From an uncultured virus (IMG/VR IMGVR_UViG_3300036715_000919) (Duplodnaviria > Heunggongvirae > Uroviricota > Caudoviricetes): a DNA stretch of 27,223 nt. The notes under the pieces are model-generated. The model was given only the letters and a program-made list of their open reading frames with translations. It did no database searches and was not told the origin of the DNA. Position 1 is the stretch's first letter. Every line of letters begins with the position of its first letter. A program made the position numbers and the translations under genes. Location: the IMG/VR virus record IMGVR_UViG_3300036715_000919; one strand, written 5' to 3'. Positions 17,567 to 26,227 of this stretch are shown in pieces.

Positions 17567-18754
17567 TTAAAGACTTCCGAGTGATACGAATCCTTTGTTC
17601 TTGCCAGCAGTATCATCTGCGCCGGATTTGTTATCATCTTTGGTTTTCTCAACAGCACGCTTCAGTCTTTTCACCTGGGCAGTTTGTGCCTGTGTCTTAA
17701 TGAGACCACTGAGATCTCCCTTCTTGAACAGCAGGTAGAGGCTTTCCAGTTGTTGAGTAAGATTGTCTCCGACTCTCTGAACCAAAAGGAACTTTCCGTC
17801 TTTACCATCATACTCCAGGTGCTCTCTTACATAAGCATTGAAGGCTACTTTATCAGTATCAGGTATGATGATTCTCATTCCTGCTCCCTCATTGATCGTG
17901 GTGCTGAGTTTCTGACTCAGTGCATTGACACTTGCAGTGTAAGCTTGTTCAGCTTTCTGCTGTTGCTCCTCGATCAGTTTGAGTTCATGCTCATGGCTGG
18001 CTTCTGTTGTCTTATAGGCAGCATCAGCTTTGTCAAAAAGTACCCCATCCTTGATCGCTTTGTCAACAGCCATTTGTGCTGTGTCAGCATCCAAACCTTT
18101 ACTTATTAAAGAACTCTTGTACAGTGTTACTTGCAGATCAACATTATCTTTAAATGTGCTATACTCAGGCAAGCTAAATGTTTTGAAAGAGTAAAAACTC
18201 TCGTCATCACCACCTGCTTGTCTGTGTAGCATGTATGCGTAAGATCTTGGATCCGCTTTCTTCAAATACGCCTCAAAGCTTTGCACAGCCTGCTCTGCAA
18301 CAACTTTGTCCCTATGGTAAATTCCCTCTGGTGTGAGTGGATCAACTCCGTCAGGATACTCAACTTTGATTGGGTTACCATGTAGTTTATCCACATCAGC
18401 AAAGAACGCTTCAGGACTATCGTCAACAGTATCCGTTGTATTGTCTGTTGGTTTGAATGTAGGGTCCTTAATAGCCTTACCATCTGCGTCTTCAATGTAT
18501 CCCTCAGCCAGGGTACCATCTTCATTGCGCCCATCAACAGGATCTGCAGGTGGAGGATTATCACCAGCAGCTTTCTTAGTTGCCTCAGTTGCAGCAGCAT
18601 CATCGGTTAACTTCTGTGCAGCAGCTGCATCATCGAGTTTCACCAGCGGTGGTGTGTAATTAGGATTGCTTAAATCTGCCAGTGAAGGTGGCATTGGTAT
18701 CGCTGCTGCTCCGTCTCCTGCAGAAGGATCATAGTGTCGTTTAATGTAGTTCAT
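17567..18754 (-). CDS. Putative capsid scaffolding protein
   Basis: Acidic, Pro/Ala/Asp-rich disordered N-terminus and helical C-terminus, between portal and MCP as in crAss-like phages. Confidence 0.65.
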   Translation of the reverse strand: MNYIKRHYDPSAGDGAAAIPMPPSLADLSNPNYTPPLVKLDDAAAAQKLTDDAAATEATKKAAGDNPPPADPVDGRNEDGTLAEGYIEDADGKAIKDPTFKPTDNTTDTVDDSPEAFFADVDKLHGNPIKVEYPDGVDPLTPEGIYHRDKVVAEQAVQSFEAYLKKADPRSYAYMLHRQAGGDDESFYSFKTFSLPEYSTFKDNVDLQVTLYKSSLISKGLDADTAQMAVDKAIKDGVLFDKADAAYKTTEASHEHELKLIEEQQQKAEQAYTASVNALSQKLSTTINEGAGMRIIIPDTDKVAFNAYVREHLEYDGKDGKFLLVQRVGDNLTQQLESLYLLFKKGDLSGLIKTQAQTAQVKRLKRAVEKTKDDNKSGADDTAGKNKGFVSLGSL

Positions 18755-18771
18755 ACTGTATAGTGTTTGAG

Positions 18772-21207
18772 TTATTTCTTAGTTGACTTGGCCTTAGCAG
18801 CCTGGAGTTTCATAGCTTCAGTCTTCTCTTTACTTTTTAGCTTTTCCTTCTCCAGTGCCAGTTGTTTATCGGCCAGGTTCATATTGTCCTTGTGTATCTT
18901 ATCACGGTGACTGATCTCCATATAGGCTACCTTCTCTTCAGATAGTACCTTCTGTGCTGCAATCACACGTTTACTGATCTCAACTGAATCGGGTATTCCG
19001 TTACCATCCGCATCACTGCTTACACCTGCTGCTTCGAGGGCGTACTCCCCAACTACCATGGCATTCTGGTCACGTCTGTCCCACTCGGCATTGATCTCAT
19101 TAATCTTGCAGTCACTCTGTATCTGGGCATACTTCTCTTTGATCTGTTCAATCATGGCCTCATGCTGCTGTTCATTCTGAGCGGTCTCTTGCGCCTGCTG
19201 CATTTCAATAGCCTCAATGCGCTTGAGTTTACCCATTAGTTCAGCTATGTTATCGGCACGCTGAATCTCCAGAATGGTGGATTGCTTTACACCATTCTGT
19301 ATCATAGCCTGCGTCTGTCCTTTGTACTGGTTGAGGTTCTGTTGCTCTTCTGCAGAGTGCGTCACGAATAGACCGAGCTCTGCCGAGCAGTAAGAGTTGG
19401 GGTCAATCTCCAGCAGCTCACGATCGAAGTCATCTTCATTGTAAATAGCACGAATGCCATCTACATTGACGAAGCGACTGTAATCCAGGAAGCCTTGCAG
19501 TTCTTTCTCTGTGAATTCTTCAAACAGGGTGAAAATCATATCTGTCATCAGGCTACTCTGGAAGAGATTGGCTTGAGTGGTACCCAGTCCATCACTACTA
19601 TTTGTCTGTGCCTTACGTTGTGGTGAGATACCCAATACTTCATCCCAGTCTCTCTTAAAACTATCACGCAGATTAATGAGTTCTTTGATCTGATCAAACA
19701 GACTCATATCCAGCGTATGGTATTGATTGAAGCTCTTGTCAACTCCCATCTGGGAACGGTTGATGAGCATGTATCCGAGTGCGTCCGCGTAGTAGAAGAA
19801 CTTTTCTTCATCCCAGCCATCTCCTTTGGGTATTGAATTCTGGTCAATGAGAGCGATCTTTCCTTTGCTCTTGGCAATAGTTTTCTCCAGCAGGAAGTTG
19901 GTTACCATATACATGATAGCATACGGCAGACCCATCTCCAGTACACTCATGTTTTCGGCATGTGTATCACTGTAGTGCTTACCATTGTAGGGAAGCTTAC
20001 ACCGGGAGAAGTTGTTCATCTCATTGCGCTGTACAGGAATTTCCCGCATACGTGAGAAGATCTTGTCCCCGATTCTCCATCCTTCATGCACACTGTTTAC
20101 CCAGATACGTTTGGTAACTTTCATTGTATCATCAATAGGAGTGTCTTCATCAAGTTCCATCTCCTCTACCTTTCCAGTGAAGGGATCGGTATATTCAACA
20201 ATCAGTACCTGTTTTTTTCCTTTCCAAGTTACATGGTATACGGGTATCTTACCACTATACTGATCTGACTTGGTATCTCCCTGCAAATAGTTATACATAC
20301 TGAAAGGAGTAACCCACTGGGTACGGGATTCAAGGTCTACATAGTCTGCATCTTTCAGTTCATCATAGAATCTGTCTACCACATCGCTGATGCTTAACAG
20401 TTGTCTACGGATGGCCCATTCACCATCTTCAATGAAGTCAAGTCCGGGACTCTTATCATAATCAAACTCGAGAGCACTTACTCTCTCATAGATGAAGCTT
20501 CCATTTTCAATATTCTTGTAACTGTACACACGACCAGTGATCAGCCAATCTTTAAACATCTTCAGTTGCTTCTGCCTTACGTTGTACTCACGGATGGCAC
20601 GCTTTATCCATTTCTGTCCTCTCCGTGCAAGGTTATCCTTGTAGCCGGAAGTGAACCTATCTTTGATTTCCTCAGGCATGGGTATCTCCTCCTGCTGAGG
20701 AATGGAAGGAACATCATGTCCAGCAGCTTGCATGTTAGCTTGTGCTGCAGCAAGGAAATGCTCACCAATGTTCTGTTCCAGCTTCTTGCTCAACCCATCC
20801 AGGTAGTTGTTAAAGGCATCTTCGCCCATATTTACTACTTGGTAGACGTAAGGTCTCTTGGGGTATTCTCCCAATAGTAAATCAATGTTGGTACGGAGCA
20901 TGGAAGTAGGTCTCACCTTAGCGGGGTAAACCTTGTGTTGTGGATTGGTAGCGGATAGCGGATCGGTGATATGGGAGAACCACTCAAGTGGGAATTGATT
21001 ATTGTACACGCTGTAGAGCATACCCAGATCTTTCCGGTTGCCGGGGGCAGTGCCAAAGTTGAAATTGGATAAACCAATTCTGTAGTCGATATTCAGTTTA
21101 AACCACTCGTAGTTCTTTGCAGTCTTTTCAGCCCATGAGAGTCTCTGTAATGGCTTACCACTGGGAGCTACACGGGTATTTTCTTCAGGTAACTGGTTAG
21201 ATGACAT
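18772..21207 (-). CDS. Portal protein
   Basis: 811 aa; IDLLLGE..KRP, FIEDGEW, CKLPYNG, IAKSKGK, GISPQR motifs, coiled-coil C-terminus with DADGNGIPD; directly after TerL. Confidence 0.92.
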   Translation of the reverse strand: MSSNQLPEENTRVAPSGKPLQRLSWAEKTAKNYEWFKLNIDYRIGLSNFNFGTAPGNRKDLGMLYSVYNNQFPLEWFSHITDPLSATNPQHKVYPAKVRPTSMLRTNIDLLLGEYPKRPYVYQVVNMGEDAFNNYLDGLSKKLEQNIGEHFLAAAQANMQAAGHDVPSIPQQEEIPMPEEIKDRFTSGYKDNLARRGQKWIKRAIREYNVRQKQLKMFKDWLITGRVYSYKNIENGSFIYERVSALEFDYDKSPGLDFIEDGEWAIRRQLLSISDVVDRFYDELKDADYVDLESRTQWVTPFSMYNYLQGDTKSDQYSGKIPVYHVTWKGKKQVLIVEYTDPFTGKVEEMELDEDTPIDDTMKVTKRIWVNSVHEGWRIGDKIFSRMREIPVQRNEMNNFSRCKLPYNGKHYSDTHAENMSVLEMGLPYAIMYMVTNFLLEKTIAKSKGKIALIDQNSIPKGDGWDEEKFFYYADALGYMLINRSQMGVDKSFNQYHTLDMSLFDQIKELINLRDSFKRDWDEVLGISPQRKAQTNSSDGLGTTQANLFQSSLMTDMIFTLFEEFTEKELQGFLDYSRFVNVDGIRAIYNEDDFDRELLEIDPNSYCSAELGLFVTHSAEEQQNLNQYKGQTQAMIQNGVKQSTILEIQRADNIAELMGKLKRIEAIEMQQAQETAQNEQQHEAMIEQIKEKYAQIQSDCKINEINAEWDRRDQNAMVVGEYALEAAGVSSDADGNGIPDSVEISKRVIAAQKVLSEEKVAYMEISHRDKIHKDNMNLADKQLALEKEKLKSKEKTEAMKLQAAKAKSTKK

Positions 21208-21243
21208 AGTACAGGTGATATGAGAACACCAATACTAAGCCGA

Positions 21244-23343
21244 TTAGAAGTAGGAGGTGGTACCAGCTTGTGTAGCTTGTGCCCCCCCGAAGAGGGGTTT
21301 CTTGAAGAAAGTGTTGTCCTTGGGGATACGCTTCTCTTCTTTGTAAGCATTCTCCTTGAGCATGAACATGGCTAGGATAGAACCTGAGATACGGTCAGCA
21401 TTCTTGTCCGGATTGAATCGCTTCATCTCCCTCAGCAGGCCGAGCCAGTAGATACGATGAATGTTTAGTACAGGTTTTCCCTCAGGAGTAGAGCCTCTCT
21501 GTGTAGTATGCCAGTTGGCCAAATAGGTAAGGCCCATACGTTTCTTTTCTGTGGACATATTCATGAAGATAGTACGATTTTTCTGCTGAGCAGCAGTAGT
21601 GTACTCCTTGTTACCGAGCATCTCAGGTTCGAAGTCCAGCTTGTGAAGTTGCTTCGTTTTACGTGCGTAGTCTACTATACCCTGTCCACCACCGGCTATC
21701 TCACTTTGGATAGACGCATTGTACATATCACTCAGCATAAAGAGATTCTTGTAAGCAGTCTCCAGTTGTTGTGGCCGGGCATCATACCAGGCTACAGGAA
21801 GTCCCTCATCTACAGGGTCCAGCATGTTATACTGCTTCCATACAGAGACAGAGAACAGTGAGGTGAGATCTTCACTCTCTTCCTTGTAATAAGGATCGAC
21901 TACGATTTGGTACATACCATCCGGAGTCTGCCCCTTGATGTCTTTATATGGACGGGCCGCGATAGTGACACATCCTTCCAGATCATCCTTGGCTGTGTGG
22001 GGATAGAAGTCCACTGGCTTGGCTACATCCTTTGCTTGGGGTACCAGTATGACTCCATGTTCCTCATCACGTCTAAGTTGTCCGTAGCGTAACATACCCT
22101 GTATCACCTGCTGTGTCTCAACACGCCTGATCTGGGCATCCACTTCAGCGATGTCAAACATATTCTTGGAGAGACGTTTGAACATTTCTCCAGGTTTAAA
22201 TGGGTACTCAGCCTTGTGTCCATCGAGTACTTTGGGATCTTTGGCTTTCTTTTTCTGCCGGCGAATGATCTTCTCAGAGTCAATGGCGCCAACAATATCC
22301 ACGTTACCCTCTTCATCCATGAAAGAACTCTTGGTTCTCCATACAGGGACAAAGTAGCCACAGGTAGTTCCCTCATAACCTTTCTCCCACACGTTGGGGA
22401 ATGCCAGCATATCAAAACTATCCGGATCATAGAAAATGTCTTCCAGTCCTTCAATACTTGTACCTTCTTCACCGCCGGTACCAAACACACTGATCTGTCC
22501 CACAGTGATGTCTCCATCTTGTATAGAACCGCGGCATACATTCAGCGCTTTCTTCAGGTTCTTGAATGAACCAGCCTCTTCAAATACAATCTTACGTCCA
22601 CGCTTTCCTCTGGTCTTTTCCGGATCATCAATGCTCAGTCCTATGATCTCACTGAAACTACCACGTTCAACTCCCATACTATCAACATAGGATGCTTTCT
22701 GATGCAGAAGTGTACTTTTCTTCTGCCTGTTCTTCTTCCATTCAATACAGTTGTCATTGATGAAATCCAACATGGGCTGTACCTTATTGAGGATACCATC
22801 TGTTGTCAAGTACTGTTCCAGTCCTGCAAAATAGTAACTCTTGGAACCATCAATGAAGGTGAAATTGTACACTCCATCCTGGGCCTCTTTGTAAGAGAAG
22901 CCGGCTCCTCTTGTCTTCCCACAGCAGACGTGCTTAGCGCCGGGAGACTGAATTCCCATGAATTCTCCGCCGTTCCAGGCGATGTGTTTGAAGTTGTACC
23001 ACTCATAATCTATCTCATAGAATCTAGGAAAGCCCATGATACGATCACTCACAGTACGACTGAGTTTACCATCCTTCTTACTTCTTCCTTCCCTGTACAT
23101 AGCCATGGCCACTGCATCGTCTACCTTCATGATAGGAGAGAAGTTTAGGTAGTGATACATTCTGCCGGGTATCCAAAGATCTCCAATACTGTAACCTTCA
23201 GCACACCGATGTTCTTCCTCATCCCACCATTCTGTCCACTCCCGGCTTCCTATAGGAGCCAGGCAATACTTGTCTCCCTGTTTTTTGAAATCACGGGCTG
23301 TATAAGAGAACTGTGCAGTATTGACTAACTTATGGAATCCCAT
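21244..23343 (-). CDS. terL: Terminase large subunit
   Basis: Walker A-like GKTRGAGFSYK, Walker B IVFEEAG, coupling motif FGTGG, RNase H-like nuclease motifs VVDPY and NADRI. Confidence 0.95.
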   Translation of the reverse strand: MGFHKLVNTAQFSYTARDFKKQGDKYCLAPIGSREWTEWWDEEEHRCAEGYSIGDLWIPGRMYHYLNFSPIMKVDDAVAMAMYREGRSKKDGKLSRTVSDRIMGFPRFYEIDYEWYNFKHIAWNGGEFMGIQSPGAKHVCCGKTRGAGFSYKEAQDGVYNFTFIDGSKSYYFAGLEQYLTTDGILNKVQPMLDFINDNCIEWKKNRQKKSTLLHQKASYVDSMGVERGSFSEIIGLSIDDPEKTRGKRGRKIVFEEAGSFKNLKKALNVCRGSIQDGDITVGQISVFGTGGEEGTSIEGLEDIFYDPDSFDMLAFPNVWEKGYEGTTCGYFVPVWRTKSSFMDEEGNVDIVGAIDSEKIIRRQKKKAKDPKVLDGHKAEYPFKPGEMFKRLSKNMFDIAEVDAQIRRVETQQVIQGMLRYGQLRRDEEHGVILVPQAKDVAKPVDFYPHTAKDDLEGCVTIAARPYKDIKGQTPDGMYQIVVDPYYKEESEDLTSLFSVSVWKQYNMLDPVDEGLPVAWYDARPQQLETAYKNLFMLSDMYNASIQSEIAGGGQGIVDYARKTKQLHKLDFEPEMLGNKEYTTAAQQKNRTIFMNMSTEKKRMGLTYLANWHTTQRGSTPEGKPVLNIHRIYWLGLLREMKRFNPDKNADRISGSILAMFMLKENAYKEEKRIPKDNTFFKKPLFGGAQATQAGTTSYF

Positions 23344-23528
23344 TACTTTTTGTTGGTTTTATATGTGCGGCGCTTGGATTTAGCCTGATGTGTTGTATGC
23401 CAATTTGAGCAAGCAATGCAGTAGTACACATAGGTAAGTTTGAATTGAAGTTTCTTCTTACGGTTGACTTCCTTCATTGCAGCTTTGGCAATGGCACGGG
23501 TTTCATAACATTTCTTGGTACATGACAT
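23343..23528 (-). CDS. Small basic Zn-binding protein
   Basis: C.KKCY...A...YYCIACSNWHTT pattern common in small phage proteins; TAATG overlaps at both ends support a real gene. Confidence 0.7.
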   Translation of the reverse strand: MSCTKKCYETRAIAKAAMKEVNRKKKLQFKLTYVYYCIACSNWHTTHQAKSKRRTYKTNKK

Positions 23529-23743
23529 TAGTTGGTTGTACTGATGATGTGGTCCTTTTCTACTGATAGTTCAAAACCAAAATGTTCAGACTTCATAGTA
23601 CCACAGGCCACTTCATAGGTAACATCTCCATCCCGGTATACCCTGAGAGAAGTGATTACTCTTAGCCGTTGCTCACTATCTGTAGTCAGGTATACTGCAC
23701 TGCCAATTTCAAATTGAGTCTTAACTATTAGTGTCATTTTCAT
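23528..23743 (-). CDS. Hypothetical small beta-barrel (SH3-like) protein
   Basis: FEIGSAVYL.TD.EQ..R.IT....Y...CG...S.HF.FEL pattern; tightly packed and coupled to neighbours. Confidence 0.65.
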   Translation of the reverse strand: MKMTLIVKTQFEIGSAVYLTTDSEQRLRVITSLRVYRDGDVTYEVACGTMKSEHFGFELSVEKDHIISTTN

Positions 23744-23749
23744 AAGTGT

Positions 23750-24433
23750 TTATTCCTCGTCATTTTCATCCCCAAGCATCTTCCCAATCTCTTCAAATGA
23801 GATCTGCTGTATAGAAGGAGCAGAGAGTTGCAGGGTTTTCTTTTCACTCCACTCAGTTCTCATAGTTCCCTCTTTCCTTCCCAGGGTAGACTGGCCACGG
23901 ATGGATGCGTCTCCCTTCATCTCTTCCTGAACACGTTTCTTAAAAGCATCAACCGCAGTGTAAGCCTTACCCAGTTTCTCCAGATTGGTGAGGTACTGGT
24001 TAGGACTATGTACAAGTTCTCCCTTCTTATCCTTTTCAGTAAAATCCAGCTCCAGGAAGTAAGTATCCAATGCATTGAGTGAGTACTCCACAGCCTTGAG
24101 TGTCTTGAGACTCCTACTGGATTGAAGCAGCAGATCATTGTACTTACTATGAGCCTGCATTACAGCTGCATCCATATCCGACTCACCAAGGCCGGCATAC
24201 TTCATTGCCTCCTGTCTACGTTCGAAGTCTTCCCACTCACGAATGGGGGAGGTGAAGTCCAGATCGAAGTAGATGAAAGTGAACTCACGTTTGGCTTTCA
24301 ACTTCTTGTCTCCGCGGTAATCTCCTTCTGAGCCCTTGTCCCTTCTCAGCAGAGCAGCAAACTCTGGTATCAGCATGATCCATTCCTTGTTTAGTTCTAC
24401 CTGGTAGTTAGCGTCTATAGTGAAGAGTCTCAT
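23750..24433 (-). CDS. Conserved crAss-like protein upstream of terminase (candidate small terminase subunit)
   Basis: LIPEF..L..RDK...K.KA..EF.FIYF..D..SP motif and helical C-terminus ending in 'IRG'; conserved location. TerS role is inference. Confidence 0.6.
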   Translation of the reverse strand: MRLFTIDANYQVELNKEWIMLIPEFAALLRRDKGSEGDYRGDKKLKAKREFTFIYFDLDFTSPIREWEDFERRQEAMKYAGLGESDMDAAVMQAHSKYNDLLLQSSRSLKTLKAVEYSLNALDTYFLELDFTEKDKKGELVHSPNQYLTNLEKLGKAYTAVDAFKKRVQEEMKGDASIRGQSTLGRKEGTMRTEWSEKKTLQLSAPSIQQISFEEIGKMLGDENDEE

Positions 24434-24747
24434 TGTTCAATGCCCTCCATCAGGACATCCATTGCATCCTTGTTTGATTTGAAATACTTCTTCATATCCT
24501 TGCCCAACGAATGTAGGAAGTCCTTGTACTGTTGTGAATGAAGTTTGACCTGAAACTTACCGAGATAGGGTACCATTACCCCTTCAAGTGAGCCGGAGTG
24601 AATGGTACCTGAGATAAATTCAGAGAAGTGTTTAGTAATGTGCTCAACCTGTGAGATGTTGAGACTCATATCTTCCGCTATTTCACGGATGATACGACTA
24701 TTACATTCCTTCTCCTCATAGGGTAGATGAGAATCATACATGGCCAT
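24430..24747 (-). CDS. HU/IHF-like DNA-binding protein
   Basis: IIREIAEDMSL....V..I...F..FI...I......V.VPYLGKFQVK is an HU/IHF signature. ATG at 24747 (preceded by ACT) preferred over the 24780 start. ATGA overlap with the next gene. Confidence 0.75.
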   Translation of the reverse strand: MAMYDSHLPYEEKECNSRIIREIAEDMSLNISQVEHITKHFSEFISGTIHSGSLEGVMVPYLGKFQVKLHSQQYKDFLHSLGKDMKKYFKSNKDAMDVLMEGIEQ

Positions 24748-24757
24748 AGTGAAACGT

Positions 24758-25606
24758 TTATTTGCACTTACACATAGCAAGCACTTCTTTCTTTAAATAG
24801 GGTACTTCGTATTCAACCGGCTTAGGATTGGGATTATCTGCTGTTGGGTGAGGATAGTGTTTGATAGTTATTCTTCCCGGCAGGAATCCCTGATACTCCA
24901 GACAGAGCATGTACACACTCTGTTGAATAGCGTAGTGGATCCAATTGCAATCCATCAGGTGAGCAATGGGATACTTCATCATCTTGTAACTGCCATTGCG
25001 GAACTGAAAACTCTTGAAGTCCAGCTTAGCGTTGGTTTTGTAATCCTCTATATTAGCATATCTCAGTGGTCCCCGTTGAACTCCGAACCCGTGAATAGGT
25101 GTATTGTCTGTAAGGATGATAGTTTTATCAATCCTTCCAGCTATTTTGTACCCGTGGTGCCACACCATCCTCTCTGTGTACACTCCATCAGGTCTCTCAA
25201 TCCATGGATAGTTATCCTCATAGCCGGGCCCGATCACCGATACCTGCTGTCCTTCATAGATGTTAATCATTCTCCCGTGGTCTGACACCTCATTGGCATC
25301 ATGTATCTTGTTCCCCCTCACTCTGCTCAGCAGGTTCTTTTCTTCCCACTTCTGTTTCCAGTACTCAGGAGTGTTACCATGTTTCTCAGCATATTTGATG
25401 TGAGCATCTGCAGGGAACTTCTCATGGAAGTCTTCATACAGAGAAGAAGCTCCGATGTATTTCTGTTGATTGAGAGTGTAAACATGTTCAGCATCATCAT
25501 AGACTACAGGAGTAGTTATAGGTATCTGCTGTTCAGTACCACACAGTAGTTTACTATCCATCTCTTTAGATGCAAACTCACGTTGTATGTTTTCTGCCCA
25601 ACTCAT
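24758..25606 (-). CDS. PD-(D/E)XK (RecB/Cas4-like) nuclease
   Basis: RGNKIH, ERMVW, IAGRID, EDYKTN, HYAIQQSVY motifs; a recalled conserved gene of the crAss-like terminase neighbourhood. Confidence 0.85.
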   Translation of the reverse strand: MSWAENIQREFASKEMDSKLLCGTEQQIPITTPVVYDDAEHVYTLNQQKYIGASSLYEDFHEKFPADAHIKYAEKHGNTPEYWKQKWEEKNLLSRVRGNKIHDANEVSDHGRMINIYEGQQVSVIGPGYEDNYPWIERPDGVYTERMVWHHGYKIAGRIDKTIILTDNTPIHGFGVQRGPLRYANIEDYKTNAKLDFKSFQFRNGSYKMMKYPIAHLMDCNWIHYAIQQSVYMLCLEYQGFLPGRITIKHYPHPTADNPNPKPVEYEVPYLKKEVLAMCKCK

Positions 25607-25764
25607 TACAAATAGTATCTTATTGGCATGATAAACTTCTTGGCAGCTTTCACAGCACTGCTCTTACGTTTGTAAGTCTCACTGGTAGCAATGGTCTTAC
25701 CGTTGCGTGCGTGAATAGTGAAGAATATCTGATTGTCGAGTGAACGTTTAATATGTATTTTCAT
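25606..25764 (-). CDS. YegP/DUF1508-like small protein (52 aa; below ORF-track cutoff)
   Basis: MKIHIKRSLDNQIFFTIHARNGKTIATSETYKRKSSAVKAAKKFIMPIRYYL matches F...A.NG..IA.SE.Y..K..A. Its TAA overlaps the nuclease ATG; ACAACT leader. Confidence 0.8.
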   Translation of the reverse strand: MKIHIKRSLDNQIFFTIHARNGKTIATSETYKRKSSAVKAAKKFIMPIRYYL

Positions 25765-25774
25765 AGTTGTAGAT

Positions 25775-26098
25775 TTATCGAGTGACGGCTTTCACTGCAT
25801 ACATCTGAGCAGTCTCCAGGTTAGTCTTGGCAATGGAGGCAAGCCGCATCATGTCTGAATGTTGTAAATCTCTTGAAGTAAAAGTTCTTTCAATGTTTTC
25901 CTTAACCTCAGGGTCAGTAGTAGAAGTCATATCAATATGCCTCTGTCGTACCCACTTATCAATTTCATCAAATGCATCAGCGAAGATCTGTTTGATTGCA
26001 GCCACGTCCTCACGCTGACCGGGATTGAAGGATACGGACATTATATGTTGTCCTCTGGTGAGAGTCTTCGAAGACTCCTGTGTAGATTGTGAATCCAT
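25775..26098 (-). CDS. Acb2/Tad1-like helical-hairpin protein, putative cyclic-nucleotide sponge (anti-CBASS/anti-Thoeris)
   Basis: FNP....V..IK...A...D.I N-helix and RLASIAKTNLETAQMYAVKAVT C-helix, resembling recalled Acb2 ([22 protein letters not shown]) and Tad1-like C-terminal helices. Confidence 0.7.
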   Translation of the reverse strand: MDSQSTQESSKTLTRGQHIMSVSFNPGQREDVAAIKQIFADAFDEIDKWVRQRHIDMTSTTDPEVKENIERTFTSRDLQHSDMMRLASIAKTNLETAQMYAVKAVTR

Positions 26099-26176
26099 AG
26101 TTGTAAAGATTTAATATTAGGTAGTTAAGGTACACCTGCTGGGTAGTGAGAAAATTGTTACCCACACGGTGTTGGT

Positions 26177-26211
26177 AAATAACAATGCCCCAGAGTATTA
26201 ATCTGAGGCAT
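26177..26211 (-). terminator. Probable Rho-independent terminator after the coiled-coil gene
   Basis: Minus strand ATGCCTCAGA-TTAATAC-TCTGGGGCAT (10 bp, one G-U) followed by TGTTATTT. Confidence 0.6.
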
Positions 26212-26227
26212 CTGTCATCTGGTTAGG

